Shown here in pieces: positions 41,902 through 52,218 of a stretch of 64,000 bases of DNA (position 1 is the stretch's first letter; each line of letters begins with the position of its first letter). The DNA is from Candidatus Bathyarchaeota archaeon (lineage in GTDB: Archaea > Thermoproteota > Bathyarchaeia > Bathyarchaeales > Bathycorpusculaceae). A model generated the notes under the pieces. That model searched no databases and had not been told where the DNA came from. It saw nothing but the letters and a program-made list of their open reading frames with translations. Where the stretch lies: assembly GCA_963827165.1 (NCBI GenBank), contig CAWGZR010000004.1, positions 192,001 to 256,000 of the forward strand. Direction: 5' to 3'. The position numbers and the translations under genes are program-made.

Positions 41902-42867
41902 ATGAGAAATAGAAATATCATTTACATCGCAACCGTAATAATAATCGTAGTAATAGCATCAAGCGCTTTCCTCTACATTAACCACAAATCACCAAGCCAA
42001 ACAAGTTCGCAAAAAAACATCACATTACTGGATGATGAAGGTTATACCACCAACCTAACCGCTCCTGCACAAAGAATCGTTTCATTAGCGCCCAGTTGCA
42101 CCCAAATCGTCTATGCAATCGGCCAAGGGAGCAAAGTTGTCGGTGTAACAACTTATGACGATTACCCATACAATTTCTCAGCGTGGGCAGCGGCAGGCAA
42201 CATGACAATCGACGGCGGCTACGGAACACCAAACATGGAAGCCATAGCGTCACTTCGCCCTGATCTAATACTCACTGACAGTATCAATGACGCAAGCCTC
42301 CCAAGCCTGAGGAACTTAGGATACAACGTGGTGGTTTTGAACCCAAGCACCATCAGCGGAATATGCAATGACATAACTTTGGTTGGAACTGCAACAGGCG
42401 CCCAAACCCAAGCAAACGCAGTAGCGACAAACATAACAAACACAATCAACGACATATCGGCAAAAATCGCTGGTTTGAAAGAAGCCCCAATGAAGGTCTT
42501 TTATGAAGTCTGGACTCCACCGCTTATGACCGCTGGCTCGACAACTTGGATTAACGACGTCATAAGCAAAGCAGGCGGCGCCAACATATTTGCCAACGAA
42601 ACCGACCAGTTCCCAACAGTTGCCTCCGAAACAGTAGTTTCACTTAATCCCGACGCAATATTCTTACCAACCGAAATGGGACAAACACCATTCTACGGAA
42701 GCGTGTCCCAAGTCGAAGCTCAACCTGGATGGAACACAATCAGCGCAGTTAAAAACAGCCATGTCTACGTAATCGACGGAGATTTGTTCTCCGAAGCTGG
42801 TCCAAGAGTTGCTGACTGCGTTTACGCCGTCGCCGCTGACTTGTATCCGCAACTTTTCACCTCCTAA
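41902..42867 (+). CDS. btuF: cobalamin/iron-chelate ABC transporter substrate-binding protein (BtuF-like)
   Basis: QRIVSLAPS, VGVTTYDDYP, E.I.SLRPDL, GPRV; ATG 41902 gives an N-terminal TM anchor. Confidence 0.82.
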   Translation: MRNRNIIYIATVIIIVVIASSAFLYINHKSPSQTSSQKNITLLDDEGYTTNLTAPAQRIVSLAPSCTQIVYAIGQGSKVVGVTTYDDYPYNFSAWAAAGNMTIDGGYGTPNMEAIASLRPDLILTDSINDASLPSLRNLGYNVVVLNPSTISGICNDITLVGTATGAQTQANAVATNITNTINDISAKIAGLKEAPMKVFYEVWTPPLMTAGSTTWINDVISKAGGANIFANETDQFPTVASETVVSLNPDAIFLPTEMGQTPFYGSVSQVEAQPGWNTISAVKNSHVYVIDGDLFSEAGPRVADCVYAVAADLYPQLFTS

Positions 42868-42891
42868 CCTCTTTTTTTGTTGTGACACATA

Positions 42892-43971
42892 ATGAGCGAA
42901 GGCAATATCGAAGGAACATACAGTAAACGTTCATCACGATGGAAAGTAATCTTAGCCGCGCTAGTGTTAGCTCTCGTTTTGACCCTTATAGTTTCTCTTA
43001 ACATAGGTTATGCTTCGATACCTTTTTCTCAAATTCTAGCCATAATAGGCAAGCAAATTCCATTCCTAGGCGCCTCAATAAATTCATCTTCAATATCACC
43101 CTCTAGCCAAGCAATTATCGTTTTAATTCGTCTGCCACGTGTGCTCGCCGCCGCTCTGGTCGGCGCTGGTTTGGCTGCGGCGGGTGTAATTTATCAAGGC
43201 ATTTTCCGAAATCCCATGGCTGACTCATATTTGCTAGGCGCCTCAGCAGGGGCATCGGTGGGTTACTCCATTGCCGTTTTGTATGTTTCGTCCGCCTTGA
43301 CGATTGTAGGTTTGGGCATAGCGCAGACTTTCGCCTTCATTTTTGCCTTGCTGACCGTTTTTCTAGTATTATTCATTTCAAGAGTCGGACACAGAATTCC
43401 CATAACTACCCTGCTGCTTTCCGGTGTGGTTGTGAACATTTTTCTTTTGGCTATGGAAACACTTATGGAGCTTCATTCCGGGCAAGCACTCACGGGCATA
43501 ATTGCTTGGCTCGCAGGCGGATTCTCAGATATCGTCTGGCTCCAAGTATACGCAATATTCCCATTCGTCATCATCGGCATAGCCATAACGTTCTTTTTCA
43601 CCCGCGACCTAAACATGCTTTCCATGGGAGACGAAACCGCGCAGCATCTTGGAGTGAACACGGAAAAAGTTCGTCAACTCCTTCTTGTCATAGCTTCTTT
43701 GATGACGGCTGCAGCGGTCGCCATAAGCGGTGTCATAGGCTTTGTAGGCTTAATAATTCCGCATATGACTAGGCTGGCGATTGGACCTGACCATCGCATC
43801 CTTCTACCTGCTTCAGCTGTTGTCGGAGCCATGTTCTTGGTGATCTGCGACGCCGTTGCACGAGTTGCCACGGGAGCTTCTGAATTGCCAGTTGGCGTTA
43901 TAACTGCCCTTGTCGGAACGCCCTTCTTCATATACCTACTCAGGAGAAGAAAAACAACCTATTCACTTTGA
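42892..43971 (+). CDS. btuC: ABC permease (BtuC/FecCD family)
   Basis: IRLPRVL, QGIFRNPMAD, IGFVGLIIPH, PVGVITALVGTPFF. Confidence 0.85.
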   Translation: MSEGNIEGTYSKRSSRWKVILAALVLALVLTLIVSLNIGYASIPFSQILAIIGKQIPFLGASINSSSISPSSQAIIVLIRLPRVLAAALVGAGLAAAGVIYQGIFRNPMADSYLLGASAGASVGYSIAVLYVSSALTIVGLGIAQTFAFIFALLTVFLVLFISRVGHRIPITTLLLSGVVVNIFLLAMETLMELHSGQALTGIIAWLAGGFSDIVWLQVYAIFPFVIIGIAITFFFTRDLNMLSMGDETAQHLGVNTEKVRQLLLVIASLMTAAAVAISGVIGFVGLIIPHMTRLAIGPDHRILLPASAVVGAMFLVICDAVARVATGASELPVGVITALVGTPFFIYLLRRRKTTYSL

Positions 43972-43981
43972 GGCGAAAAAA

Positions 43982-45291
43982 ATGGTGTCACTAAATATCG
44001 ATGGTGTCGAATGCCGTTACGGCTCAATAAAAATCTTAGAGAACGTCAGCATTTCAGTTAAGGCAGGCGACTTCGTAGGCATCCTTGGACCCAACGGCTC
44101 CGGAAAATCAACCCTTCTCAAAAGCATAAGCCGAACTCTTAAACCTTCCAAGGGCGCAATCATTCTCAACGACAAGGACATCTACACTCTAAAAAACATC
44201 GAAGTCGCAAAACAGTTGGCTGTGGTTCCGCAAGACAACACCATCAGCTTCAGCTTTACCGCCTTGAGGTTGTTTTGATGGGGCGCAACCCTCACATGGA
44301 AAGGTTCCAGATGGAAACCGAAAGTGACATGGCGATCGCCCGACGAGTTATGAATTTAACGAACACGTGGCATTTAGCGCCCAGGCCCGTAAACGAGTTA
44401 AGCGGCGGTGAGAGGCAACGCGTTATTATTGCCCGGGCGCTGGCGCAGGAGCCTAAAGTTTTGCTTTTGGATGAGCCCCTCACTTATCTGGACATCATCA
44501 ATCAGCTGGAAATCATGGATTTGATCAAGTCGCTTTGTGTAACACAGGGAATCATTGTTATGGCTGTTGTCCATGACCTAAACCTTGCCGCACGGTACTG
44601 CAACAACGCTTTGCTTCTTAAAAACGGAAAAGTTTATGCCGCCGGACCCATAGATAAAGTGCTAACCAGTGAAAACATAAAGAGCGTCTTCAATGTGGAA
44701 GCCATGGTGAAAAAAAACGCTGTTACCGACTCACTATACATTATTCCACTATCACCTCCAAAATCCTCGCCACCTAGAAACTGCTCAATTCACATAATAA
44801 GCGGTGCAGGAACGGGAACTGTCCTAATGAAAACTCTTCAGGAAGAAGGCTACAACATCACCGCGGGCGTTCTTAACGTCTTAGACACCGATTTTGAAAC
44901 CGCCCAATATCTCAATATACCCGTAATAAGTGAAGCCCCATTTTCTCCTATAACCGAAAAAACCCGCAAGCAAACTTCGACATAATGAAAAAAGCGGGGT
45001 ATGATCGTCATAACATCAGTTCCGTTTGGCTACGGCAACCTCTCTAACCTAGAGTCGGCGTTTGAAGCGGTTAAGCAGGGAGTCACAAATATACGTGATA
45101 GAAGAGGAGCCGATGGAAAGCCGAGACTTCACAGGCGGAAAAGCCACCGCATTGATCGAAGAGCTCAAGAAACAGGCGCCGTTTTCATCAAACACGCATC
45201 CGAACTGCCAGCCTTGGTCAATGCAAAACATGACTTAATGAACTGCAGAAAAACGGGCACAAAGAGGTCCCAGGTCACACAAAAAAAATAA
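43982..45291 (+). CDS. btuD: ABC ATP-binding protein (BtuD-like) with C-terminal extension, split by frameshifts into three ORFs
   Basis: GPNGSGKST in ORF1; LSGGERQR and LLLDEP in ORF2; VPFGYGNL in ORF3. Confidence 0.78.
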
Positions 45292-45336
45292 CCAAAGAAA
45301 TCATACAACCCAACCGCCGAAAGGAGCAAACCTAAA

Positions 45337-46446
45337 ATGTCCACCCAAAAAAACAGCAAGTTAGTTTTCGGCGCAGAGAAAACCGGCAAAAAACTCGATC
45401 ACTTCATCTGGTCATGCACCCGAGCCTACCCAGTCAAACACGCTTTTTCGTTGGGAGATGGAAAGCCATTGCCTAACGAGTTAACCACTGCTGAAGCAAA
45501 AATGATGCTAAAGAAAGCCGCGGACTTCGGGGTTGATAACATTTTCATTTCTGGGGCGGGTTGGACTGGAGAACCTTTGATGCGAGAAGACTTCTTTGAA
45601 CTCATTCATTATGTTGCTGAGCTTGGGATATCGCCCTACGTTAAGGTTACGGGTTGGCATTTCGACCGCAAGGTAGCGAAAGAACTTGCCGCGGCGAATT
45701 GCAAGGCCATTGTCTGCGTAGCAGGTCTCAGAGAAGTCGACGCTAAACTTCGTGGGAAAGGTGCCTTCGACGACAGCTTAACGGCGGCGAAGCTCTGCAA
45801 AGAATTCAGTATCCCATTCGCGTTAAGTGTCATTAACACAAAGTACGTGGTTGACCAAATTCCCGCGTTAGTTGACCTTGCCATCGAGTTGGGAGCACGC
45901 GGTTTTCATTTGGCTTCCCTGATTCCTCAGCCCATAGACGTCGAAAACCAGCTCAAAGTACTTTGTCCTCTTGAGCCGACGCCGACGGAAAAAGAAAAAC
46001 AACTTGAAGAAATTTATGAGCTCAACAAAAAAGTAAAAGATAAAATCCTAATTGTCCCCTACGAAATGTTCAACAATCGCGTTTTGAAAACCAAAGAGCC
46101 TCAGAGGGAGCTTAAGAGCACCTGCAGCATGTGCGACGACCTGGTCAAAAACGAGTGGCTGGAGGTTTTGGAGGACGGAAAAGCCTACGCTTGCGCTCCA
46201 CTCGGCTTAGAGTTTGGCGACATAAGAACCGACAGCATCCAACAAATAATGGATCGCATGCGTGTATCAGACAAGCTCAAGGTTTTGGCGGACCGATCCA
46301 ACCTCAAAGGCAAATGCGGCATCTGCCAATTCAAAAATATCTGTGGCGGCTGCAGAGCCCGAGCATACATCTACTCCAAAGACCCCCTGAATCAAGATCC
46401 TGCATGCGCATATCAGCCGAAAAAGGCACAAACATTGGAAAACTAA
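45337..46446 (+). CDS. radical SAM/SPASM-fold protein (AhbC/AhbD/PqqE-like) lacking CxxxCxxC
   Basis: ELTTAEA, GEPLMREDF, RGKGAFD, CGICQFKNICGGCRARAY..DPAC; motif position reads TRAYPVKHA. Confidence 0.75.
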   Translation: MSTQKNSKLVFGAEKTGKKLDHFIWSCTRAYPVKHAFSLGDGKPLPNELTTAEAKMMLKKAADFGVDNIFISGAGWTGEPLMREDFFELIHYVAELGISPYVKVTGWHFDRKVAKELAAANCKAIVCVAGLREVDAKLRGKGAFDDSLTAAKLCKEFSIPFALSVINTKYVVDQIPALVDLAIELGARGFHLASLIPQPIDVENQLKVLCPLEPTPTEKEKQLEEIYELNKKVKDKILIVPYEMFNNRVLKTKEPQRELKSTCSMCDDLVKNEWLEVLEDGKAYACAPLGLEFGDIRTDSIQQIMDRMRVSDKLKVLADRSNLKGKCGICQFKNICGGCRARAYIYSKDPLNQDPACAYQPKKAQTLEN

Positions 46447-46471
46447 AGGTTTTATTAAGCCAGGTGAGACT

Positions 46472-47103
46472 ATGGCAGAAAATGTTAACGAAAAATCGCT
46501 TGAACTCATAAGGCAGTGCGCATTAGATTTAGGCGCGTTAATGCAAAGGTGATTGGTGCCGAAAAAATCGTTGTTGCCGACCGCGTTGTGTTTAAATGCC
46601 GGCTAGGCTGTGAAAAATATGGAAAAACATTAGCCTGCCCTCCATACGCGCCAACGCCCAGCGAATTTCGAAAAATCGTCAGCGAATACCACTACGCGCT
46701 CTTCATGAAATTCAACTCGCACGCCGAAGGCGACTCTGAACTCATAAAATACCTTGCAAAAGCGGATGATCCCTCCATTTCGCCAGAGATGAAGGTAAAA
46801 GTTGAAGGCTTCTGGCTCGCTTGGAAGGATGACATGAAGCATCTGCTTGAAGTCGTGTTAGAGCTTGAAAAGGCGGCGGCTGAAAAAGGGTACCTTCTTG
46901 CCGTGGGACTGGTCTCGGGCTCATGTCAGCTATGCGAAAAATGCAATGTTCAGAATGGAATCTGTGTGCACCCTTCCAAGAGACGTTTCTCCGAAGAAGG
47001 CGTTGGAGTCGACGTAAAAGCAACCGCTGAAAACGCAGGCGTAAAATTCACTTTGCCCTTCAACAAAAACCCTGAAACATTTGCTCTGCTCCTGATTGAT
47101 TAG
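46472..47103 (+). CDS. DUF2284-type Cys-rich metal-binding protein (frameshift near 46535)
   Basis: MAENVNEKSLELIRQCALDLGA joins V.KCRLGCEKYGKTLACPP, GSCQLCEKC..CVHP..R.SEEGVGVDV. Confidence 0.78.
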
Positions 47104-47225
47104 ACAAAGTGCGAGTTCGCAAAGCTTGAGTACGCACTCAAGTTCGCTTCTAAAGATAAAACGTATTTAATGAATAAAGAAACCATAAATCTTTTATTAG
47201 CCACACCCTATCAGTTATTCGGCGA

Positions 47226-47250
47226 ATATTGGTGAAAATTTCACTAATAT
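47226..47250. promoter_or_regulatory. 12-1-12 inverted repeat, candidate operator of the GNAT module
   Basis: ATATTGGTGAAA-A-TTTCACTAATAT, one mismatch. Confidence 0.5.
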
Positions 47251-47278
47251 ATCGAGTAAAGTTTGATTGGCGACTATA

Positions 47279-47416
47279 ATGCTTCCCAAACCGATTCCTG
47301 CGTTAAATGAAGAGCAGTGGGCTACAGTAGAGAAAGAAATGAAGCGGAAGCCATCAAAGAAAGACGTTGAACGTTTGAAGCGTGTGAAGAAGACTTTTAA
47401 GAATTGTCCGTTATAA
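47279..47416 (+). CDS. 45-aa candidate antitoxin for the GNAT (below ORF-track cutoff)
   Basis: MLPKPIPALNEEQWATVEKEMKRKPSKKDVERLKRVKKTFKNCPL, ends 12 nt before the GNAT ATG. Confidence 0.6.
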   Translation: MLPKPIPALNEEQWATVEKEMKRKPSKKDVERLKRVKKTFKNCPL

Positions 47417-47428
47417 TACAGGTTCTAA

Positions 47429-47971
47429 ATGAGCGCTAACAGGGTAACTGCTAAAGACTTATCGTCACCAAAGATTTTGGATCAAAATGATGACGTGAGT
47501 AGTTTTAGTTGCGGCGTCAAAGATATGGATGAGTTCATCCAAAAGGAAGCCTTGGATTTTCAGAAAGAACGACTTGGCGTGACCTACCTTTTTATGCACG
47601 ACCAAGAATTAGTGGGGTTTGCTACATTATCTATGGCAGATTTGAAAAGGGAAAAAATGGAAGCCAAGTATAGACCTCAATCGAAAATTGAGAATTATCC
47701 AGCGCTTTTGATTGGGCAGCTAGCTGTTTGTGAAGGTCTTCAAGGTCAAGACGTCGGCACTTTCATTTGCGATTTTTGTTTTGATCGAGCATTAAGGTTC
47801 TCCAAGATAGTTGGATGCAGGTTTATGTTTGTAAATGCCATAGAATCTGCATTGGGATTTTACCTGAAATATGGTTTTGTGTTGCTTCCAAAACAAGAAG
47901 GAAGAGATCAGAAAGTGATGTTTTTGGACATATCAAAAGCAACCGATTCATTAACAAAGGCTTCATCATGA
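47429..47971 (+). CDS. GNAT acetyltransferase, TacT/AtaT toxin-like
   Basis: FSCG..DMDEFI, YPALLIGQLAV...QGQDVG, VNA..A.GFY.KYGF. Confidence 0.82.
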   Translation: MSANRVTAKDLSSPKILDQNDDVSSFSCGVKDMDEFIQKEALDFQKERLGVTYLFMHDQELVGFATLSMADLKREKMEAKYRPQSKIENYPALLIGQLAVCEGLQGQDVGTFICDFCFDRALRFSKIVGCRFMFVNAIESALGFYLKYGFVLLPKQEGRDQKVMFLDISKATDSLTKASS

Positions 47972-47972
47972 A

Positions 47973-48701
47973 TTATTTTGGGTGCCCTACAACGCTAAGA
48001 CAGATCGCGCTTTCCTCAGCTCCATCCACATCCACAATTGAGTTGACTTCGTCGTCAAAGAACGCTCCCACTTGGCATGATCCGCAGGTTATGCTTGCCG
48101 CCGCCAACGCCAAATTCTCCGCAATATGACCAGCATCAAGATAGATGTACCGATACGCTCTCTGATTGTACTTCCACTTTGCCCTCCCAAAAACAGCCGT
48201 CCAAACAAAGACCACAGATGCATCCGCACACATCTCCTGATCCAAAGCCGCATGCGCCAATTTTTCGCCGAATCCCCCGGGTTTTATTTCTTCCAACAAG
48301 TGTTTCTTAATGTTGTAATGATAAATGCCCCTGGCTAGGTCTTCCACGTTGTTTGCAGCAATGTACGTCTCGATGGGATACAGTGCTCCAGCAGACGGCG
48401 CCACGCGAAACTCGTAACCGCGTTCAATTCTCTGGATACCTGTCGATGCCCAAAGAAGATAGGCCAAATCAACCAAACTCAAAGGTTGAGTTGAAAAGGA
48501 GCGGGTGCTTTTGCGTTTTCGAAGAACCTCAGTAAAGTTAAGAGTTTCTCGGAACTCGCTAGGCAGCTGAACGGTTTTGCTTGATGGATAGTTCTTGTAG
48601 GTTTCAGGCTTATTCGCCCAGTCCAGGTTGCCACCTAGCCTTTTGGTTCGGAGGTATTTTGTTTCTGTTTGGAAATCGTCTCCAACGTTTTGTCCCATCA
48701 T
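47973..48701 (-). CDS. SagB/ThcOx-like nitroreductase-fold dehydrogenase
   Basis: RKSTRSF, R.APSAGALYPIE, WKY..RAYRYIYLDAGH. Confidence 0.88.
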   Translation of the reverse strand: MMGQNVGDDFQTETKYLRTKRLGGNLDWANKPETYKNYPSSKTVQLPSEFRETLNFTEVLRKRKSTRSFSTQPLSLVDLAYLLWASTGIQRIERGYEFRVAPSAGALYPIETYIAANNVEDLARGIYHYNIKKHLLEEIKPGGFGEKLAHAALDQEMCADASVVFVWTAVFGRAKWKYNQRAYRYIYLDAGHIAENLALAAASITCGSCQVGAFFDDEVNSIVDVDGAEESAICLSVVGHPK

Positions 48702-48750
48702 CTTAACCTTCTATGAATGCGTCAAGGAAAGAGTTCCTTCAAGGAATGGT

Positions 48751-49239
48751 TTAGGGAAATCCGGTTATCAGGTCGTATAGGTAAGCGTCCCATTCATCTG
48801 CTTCCTTCTTGAGAATCCCAAGCAAATCCGTCAACACTCTATGATGCTTCTTCTCATCTTCCAAAATATTTAGCACAAGCTGCCTAATCTTTTGGTCTTT
48901 CACAACTTCACTTATGTCTTTTGCCTGCTTCAACATCTTAGCCTCTTCTTTAATATGGCTCGTAAGCTCTTTCGCCCCCATTTCCCAACTTTCCTTGCCC
49001 ATAACGGCAGTTGAATTCAAATCGATAAGCATCTGATAAGTGTCAGAATGCCTCATCGTATCCAAAATAATGCTGTGAAGAAACAGCTTAATGACGGGAT
49101 TTTGTGCCGATTCATAAAATGGGGTAAGCTTCTTAACAGTTTGGTCTTCAAACTCTTTTTGCTTCTTGATTTTGCCAAGTGCAGCCTCATCTAGAATTTC
49201 CCAAGACAAAACAAATTCCTCACTATTCCTTGGGCACAA
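48751..49239 (-). CDS. ferritin-like (rubrerythrin-type) diiron protein
   Basis: DTMRH and EDEKKHH di-metal motifs. Confidence 0.72.
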   Translation of the reverse strand: MCPRNSEEFVLSWEILDEAALGKIKKQKEFEDQTVKKLTPFYESAQNPVIKLFLHSIILDTMRHSDTYQMLIDLNSTAVMGKESWEMGAKELTSHIKEEAKMLKQAKDISEVVKDQKIRQLVLNILEDEKKHHRVLTDLLGILKKEADEWDAYLYDLITGFP

Positions 49240-49280
49240 ATTCCTATTTAACTCTTTAAAAACTCAATTCAGCGGCGATA

Positions 49281-49559
49281 TTAGTTCTTGCCCACATCGA
49301 CTTTGGTGACTTCAACTATCGAGTCAGCGGGGAAAGCAATCTTCTGAAGCGCCGCTTCCAAAACCTCTTTGGATGGTGCTTCAAACTCTATGAGGGCTTT
49401 TTCCACGTCAGCATTCGCTTCAGGAGCGCAACAATAGCAGGTTTTCAAATGAACATCTTTAATACCTGTCCTCTCAAAAATGTCAGCTGTACCTATAATG
49501 CAGGTAAGTCTGTTGAGCTGGATTTGAGGTACCTTCGAATTAACTATGAAACGTTTCAC
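49281..49559 (-). CDS. hypothetical protein
   Basis: 92-aa ORF with CYCC, preceded by GGAG. Confidence 0.6.
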   Translation of the reverse strand: MKRFIVNSKVPQIQLNRLTCIIGTADIFERTGIKDVHLKTCYCCAPEANADVEKALIEFEAPSKEVLEAALQKIAFPADSIVEVTKVDVGKN

Positions 49560-49715
49560 GGCTCTGTCTCCAACTTAAAAAACCGAAAGCACCATATAAG
49601 CTGTGTGCAAACGCTGGTTCTAGTCACAAAGCTCTTGAGGCTTTTCTTACGACAATTAAACTGGAAAATAGAACATTAATGTCGAAAAATAGAACAATCA
49701 AGTAATTCCCGAGAC

Positions 49716-50015
49716 CTATGCTTTTTTAGCCCTTGCAGCCCTCTTTTTTCTGTATTTTTGTATTATCTTTTCAATGTCATCTTGCGTTAACTCGCCGTAT
49801 TTTGCTATTCTTTCATCGACTCTTTTGTACATGGCCTCAATCTCCTTCGATAAGTCCGGCTCCACAAATTTCTTCAATATCACCGCGTCGTCGCACTCAT
49901 ACACTAGAAATTTTGTTTTAGGTTTGAGACCCATTCGTGACCTTATTTTTGCAGGTATAACAACTTGACCTTTTTGGCTAAGAATCGTAAGTTCAGCCTT
50001 TTCACTTTGAGTCAT
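49716..50015 (-). CDS. AbrB/MazE-family DNA-binding protein (orphan antitoxin)
   Basis: SQKGQVVIPAKIR..MGLKP. Confidence 0.85.
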   Translation of the reverse strand: MTQSEKAELTILSQKGQVVIPAKIRSRMGLKPKTKFLVYECDDAVILKKFVEPDLSKEIEAMYKRVDERIAKYGELTQDDIEKIIQKYRKKRAARAKKA

Positions 50016-50165
50016 TCACGTTAACCCCGAATATAATCTTACATTCTTACCTAAAATAGATACCTCATAAAACGCTTTCCAAGCTAAAACGCTGGCATGA
50101 ATTGCTCCTGTTGGTTAGGCAAGTTTGGGCCGGGATGATTGAAAGGATTTATTGCTAAATAGAGC

Positions 50166-50553
50166 CTACCCTTTGTCAGCAAAACGAAACCGTTGCTGGA
50201 TTATTCGTATCTTTCTTTTTGTAATAATAACGAGTTTGTTTCGTATTTCTTTGAGATTTATTTTGTTTTGAGCTAAATTTAATGTTTCAATAATGTTGCT
50301 AGGAGGTGGAGGGTTTGCTTTTACGATTATGACTGTGAGTAATGCGCCTTTTTGAAAGGTCCGGTATAGTTGGGCAAAACCTTTGTCTAACGTGACGATT
50401 GACATTTTGTTTTTTTATGGCATAGTCCGCTATTGCGCTGTCTTTGGCGCTTTTAAGGAGCAAATTCGAAACGTTTACTGTTTCAAAACCTTTCTTAAAT
50501 AACCATTCCTCGACATCCTTTGGAGTGTTTTCATCGATTATAATCTTAGCCAA
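50166..50553 (-). CDS. DUF5615 PIN-like toxin, frameshifted in a homopolymer near 50410-50416
   Basis: KIIIDEN, AKDSAIADYA then IVTLDKGF in the next frame. Confidence 0.75.
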
Positions 50554-50573
50554 AGGATAAGCAGCAGCTCTTT

Positions 50574-50801
50574 TCAGATCACTATGGTTTCTTCAGTTTC
50601 TAAGCATTTTGAAGCATAAGTGAGCGCAGCTTTGATATCTTCTTTTTTTAGAGTTGGATATTGACTTAGTATTTCTTTTTCGGTCATACCACTTGCTAGA
50701 AGCTCGATGACGAGATAAACTGGAATACGAGTTCCTTCAATGACTGGTTTCCCAGATAGAACTTCGGGGTCAATCATTATCCTATCCATGAGCTCTTCCA
50801 T
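50574..50801 (-). CDS. DUF433 antitoxin-like protein
   Basis: DPEVLSGKPVIEGTRIPV...YPTL..EDIKAAL.YA. Confidence 0.9.
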   Translation of the reverse strand: MEELMDRIMIDPEVLSGKPVIEGTRIPVYLVIELLASGMTEKEILSQYPTLKKEDIKAALTYASKCLETEETIVI

Positions 50802-51009
50802 ACGAGTTCACTACTGCCATCACATTAACTAACATCAATACAAGTCATTAGTTAGGCAAATTACAATTGCCCCATGTCAACTAACGTAATTCACATTAAT
50901 AACATATAAGTAAAGTCGCAATTCTTACTTATCATTATCATCTCACGCACGTTTATATTATCGTTTTATACTATAATATTATCTCCCAATAGGACATGAT
51001 GAAAAAGTA

Positions 51010-52080
51010 ATGGAAAAAATAACAGAAACACCTCTTCACAGGATCTTAGACACAATCTCATCTCACTTAGGCGAACCATTATCAATCAACCAACTAACCG
51101 AAAAAATCAAAGAAAAATATGGTGCCGCATATTACTCAAATATCTACAAACAAGTCAAAGAATTAGAAAACAAAAGATTACTAACAACCACTTCCTATGG
51201 AAAATCAAGCATAATAAAACCCAATTTCGACAATGAACTAATAATAGAATTATTTGCACAAATGGAAATCGAAAACAAAATAAATTTCCTAAAGGATAAG
51301 AACGAATTATTAATTGTCCTATCAAGCATGAACAAATCTCTGGATGACATTTGCTCAATAAAGTCAATAACCTCAATAAATCCTGAAAAGAATTCTGAAC
51401 TCAACAGATTGGAACTGCTCTTTCTCTTAAGAAAAACCATTGACTACAAAGATGCGACATTTGAGCTTTATAACAAAATGAGACAATTACGGGACCAACA
51501 TAACTTGAAGATTGATAGCCTTATTTTAAACGAGGATGATTTTTCTTCATTGATAAGATCAAATGAAATAAATCCCTTAAGGGAAGCTTTTGCCAAAGAG
51601 ATAACCATCTTCTGTCCACAGGCATTCTGGAGTCAAATTAAGAAGATCTCGGAAGAATCCGAAATCAAAACAATAGACGCAGAGACAAAACCTAACCACA
51701 TTTCAGAAACAGACCTAATTTACAACCTCAACCGATTTGGCTACAAAGAATTTGGCAACAAAATATCCCAAGCTAACAAGTACTGCATTGAATTCATAAT
51801 CACAAGTTTACTACTTTCAGATGATGCAAGAAGATTAGAGGCCATCCCAATAATTCTCGCAAAAAATAACTATCGCAGTAATTTATTGGCATTTCTTTGC
51901 CAAAAGTACAGGATTTCGGGCAAACTCTTGGGACTGCTGATAAGTCTCCAAAACATTAAACCAAACGATAAAATTAGGGACACAATTAGTCTTTTAGAGA
52001 TTCTCAAAGAGGAGCAAGAAACACCAGCTGACGAAGAGAGCATAAGGCGAAATATGAGGTTATATAATGCCATTAGATAA
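51010..52080 (+). CDS. AT-rich hypothetical protein with N-terminal wHTH
   Basis: LSINQLT...YSNIYKQVKELE..YGKSSII; strongly AT-rich relative to flanks. Confidence 0.7.
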   Translation: MEKITETPLHRILDTISSHLGEPLSINQLTEKIKEKYGAAYYSNIYKQVKELENKRLLTTTSYGKSSIIKPNFDNELIIELFAQMEIENKINFLKDKNELLIVLSSMNKSLDDICSIKSITSINPEKNSELNRLELLFLLRKTIDYKDATFELYNKMRQLRDQHNLKIDSLILNEDDFSSLIRSNEINPLREAFAKEITIFCPQAFWSQIKKISEESEIKTIDAETKPNHISETDLIYNLNRFGYKEFGNKISQANKYCIEFIITSLLLSDDARRLEAIPIILAKNNYRSNLLAFLCQKYRISGKLLGLLISLQNIKPNDKIRDTISLLEILKEEQETPADEESIRRNMRLYNAIR

Positions 52081-52218
52081 AGGTCAAAACCCGAAAATAT
52101 CGGCTAGCTTGATCACTTTTTCGTTAGCAAAATAGTTCGCCGTTATGATCCTAAACGTGGACTAACTTGCACAAATTTGCTTCGAGTCATAGAGCCATCA
52201 TCGTATGATCTTTTTGTT

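Noticed and set aside
47973-48701. SagB/ThcOx gene as part of the RiPP pathway
   Set aside because: Over 6 kb away, no YcaO partner in the window, and stand-alone members are common in archaea
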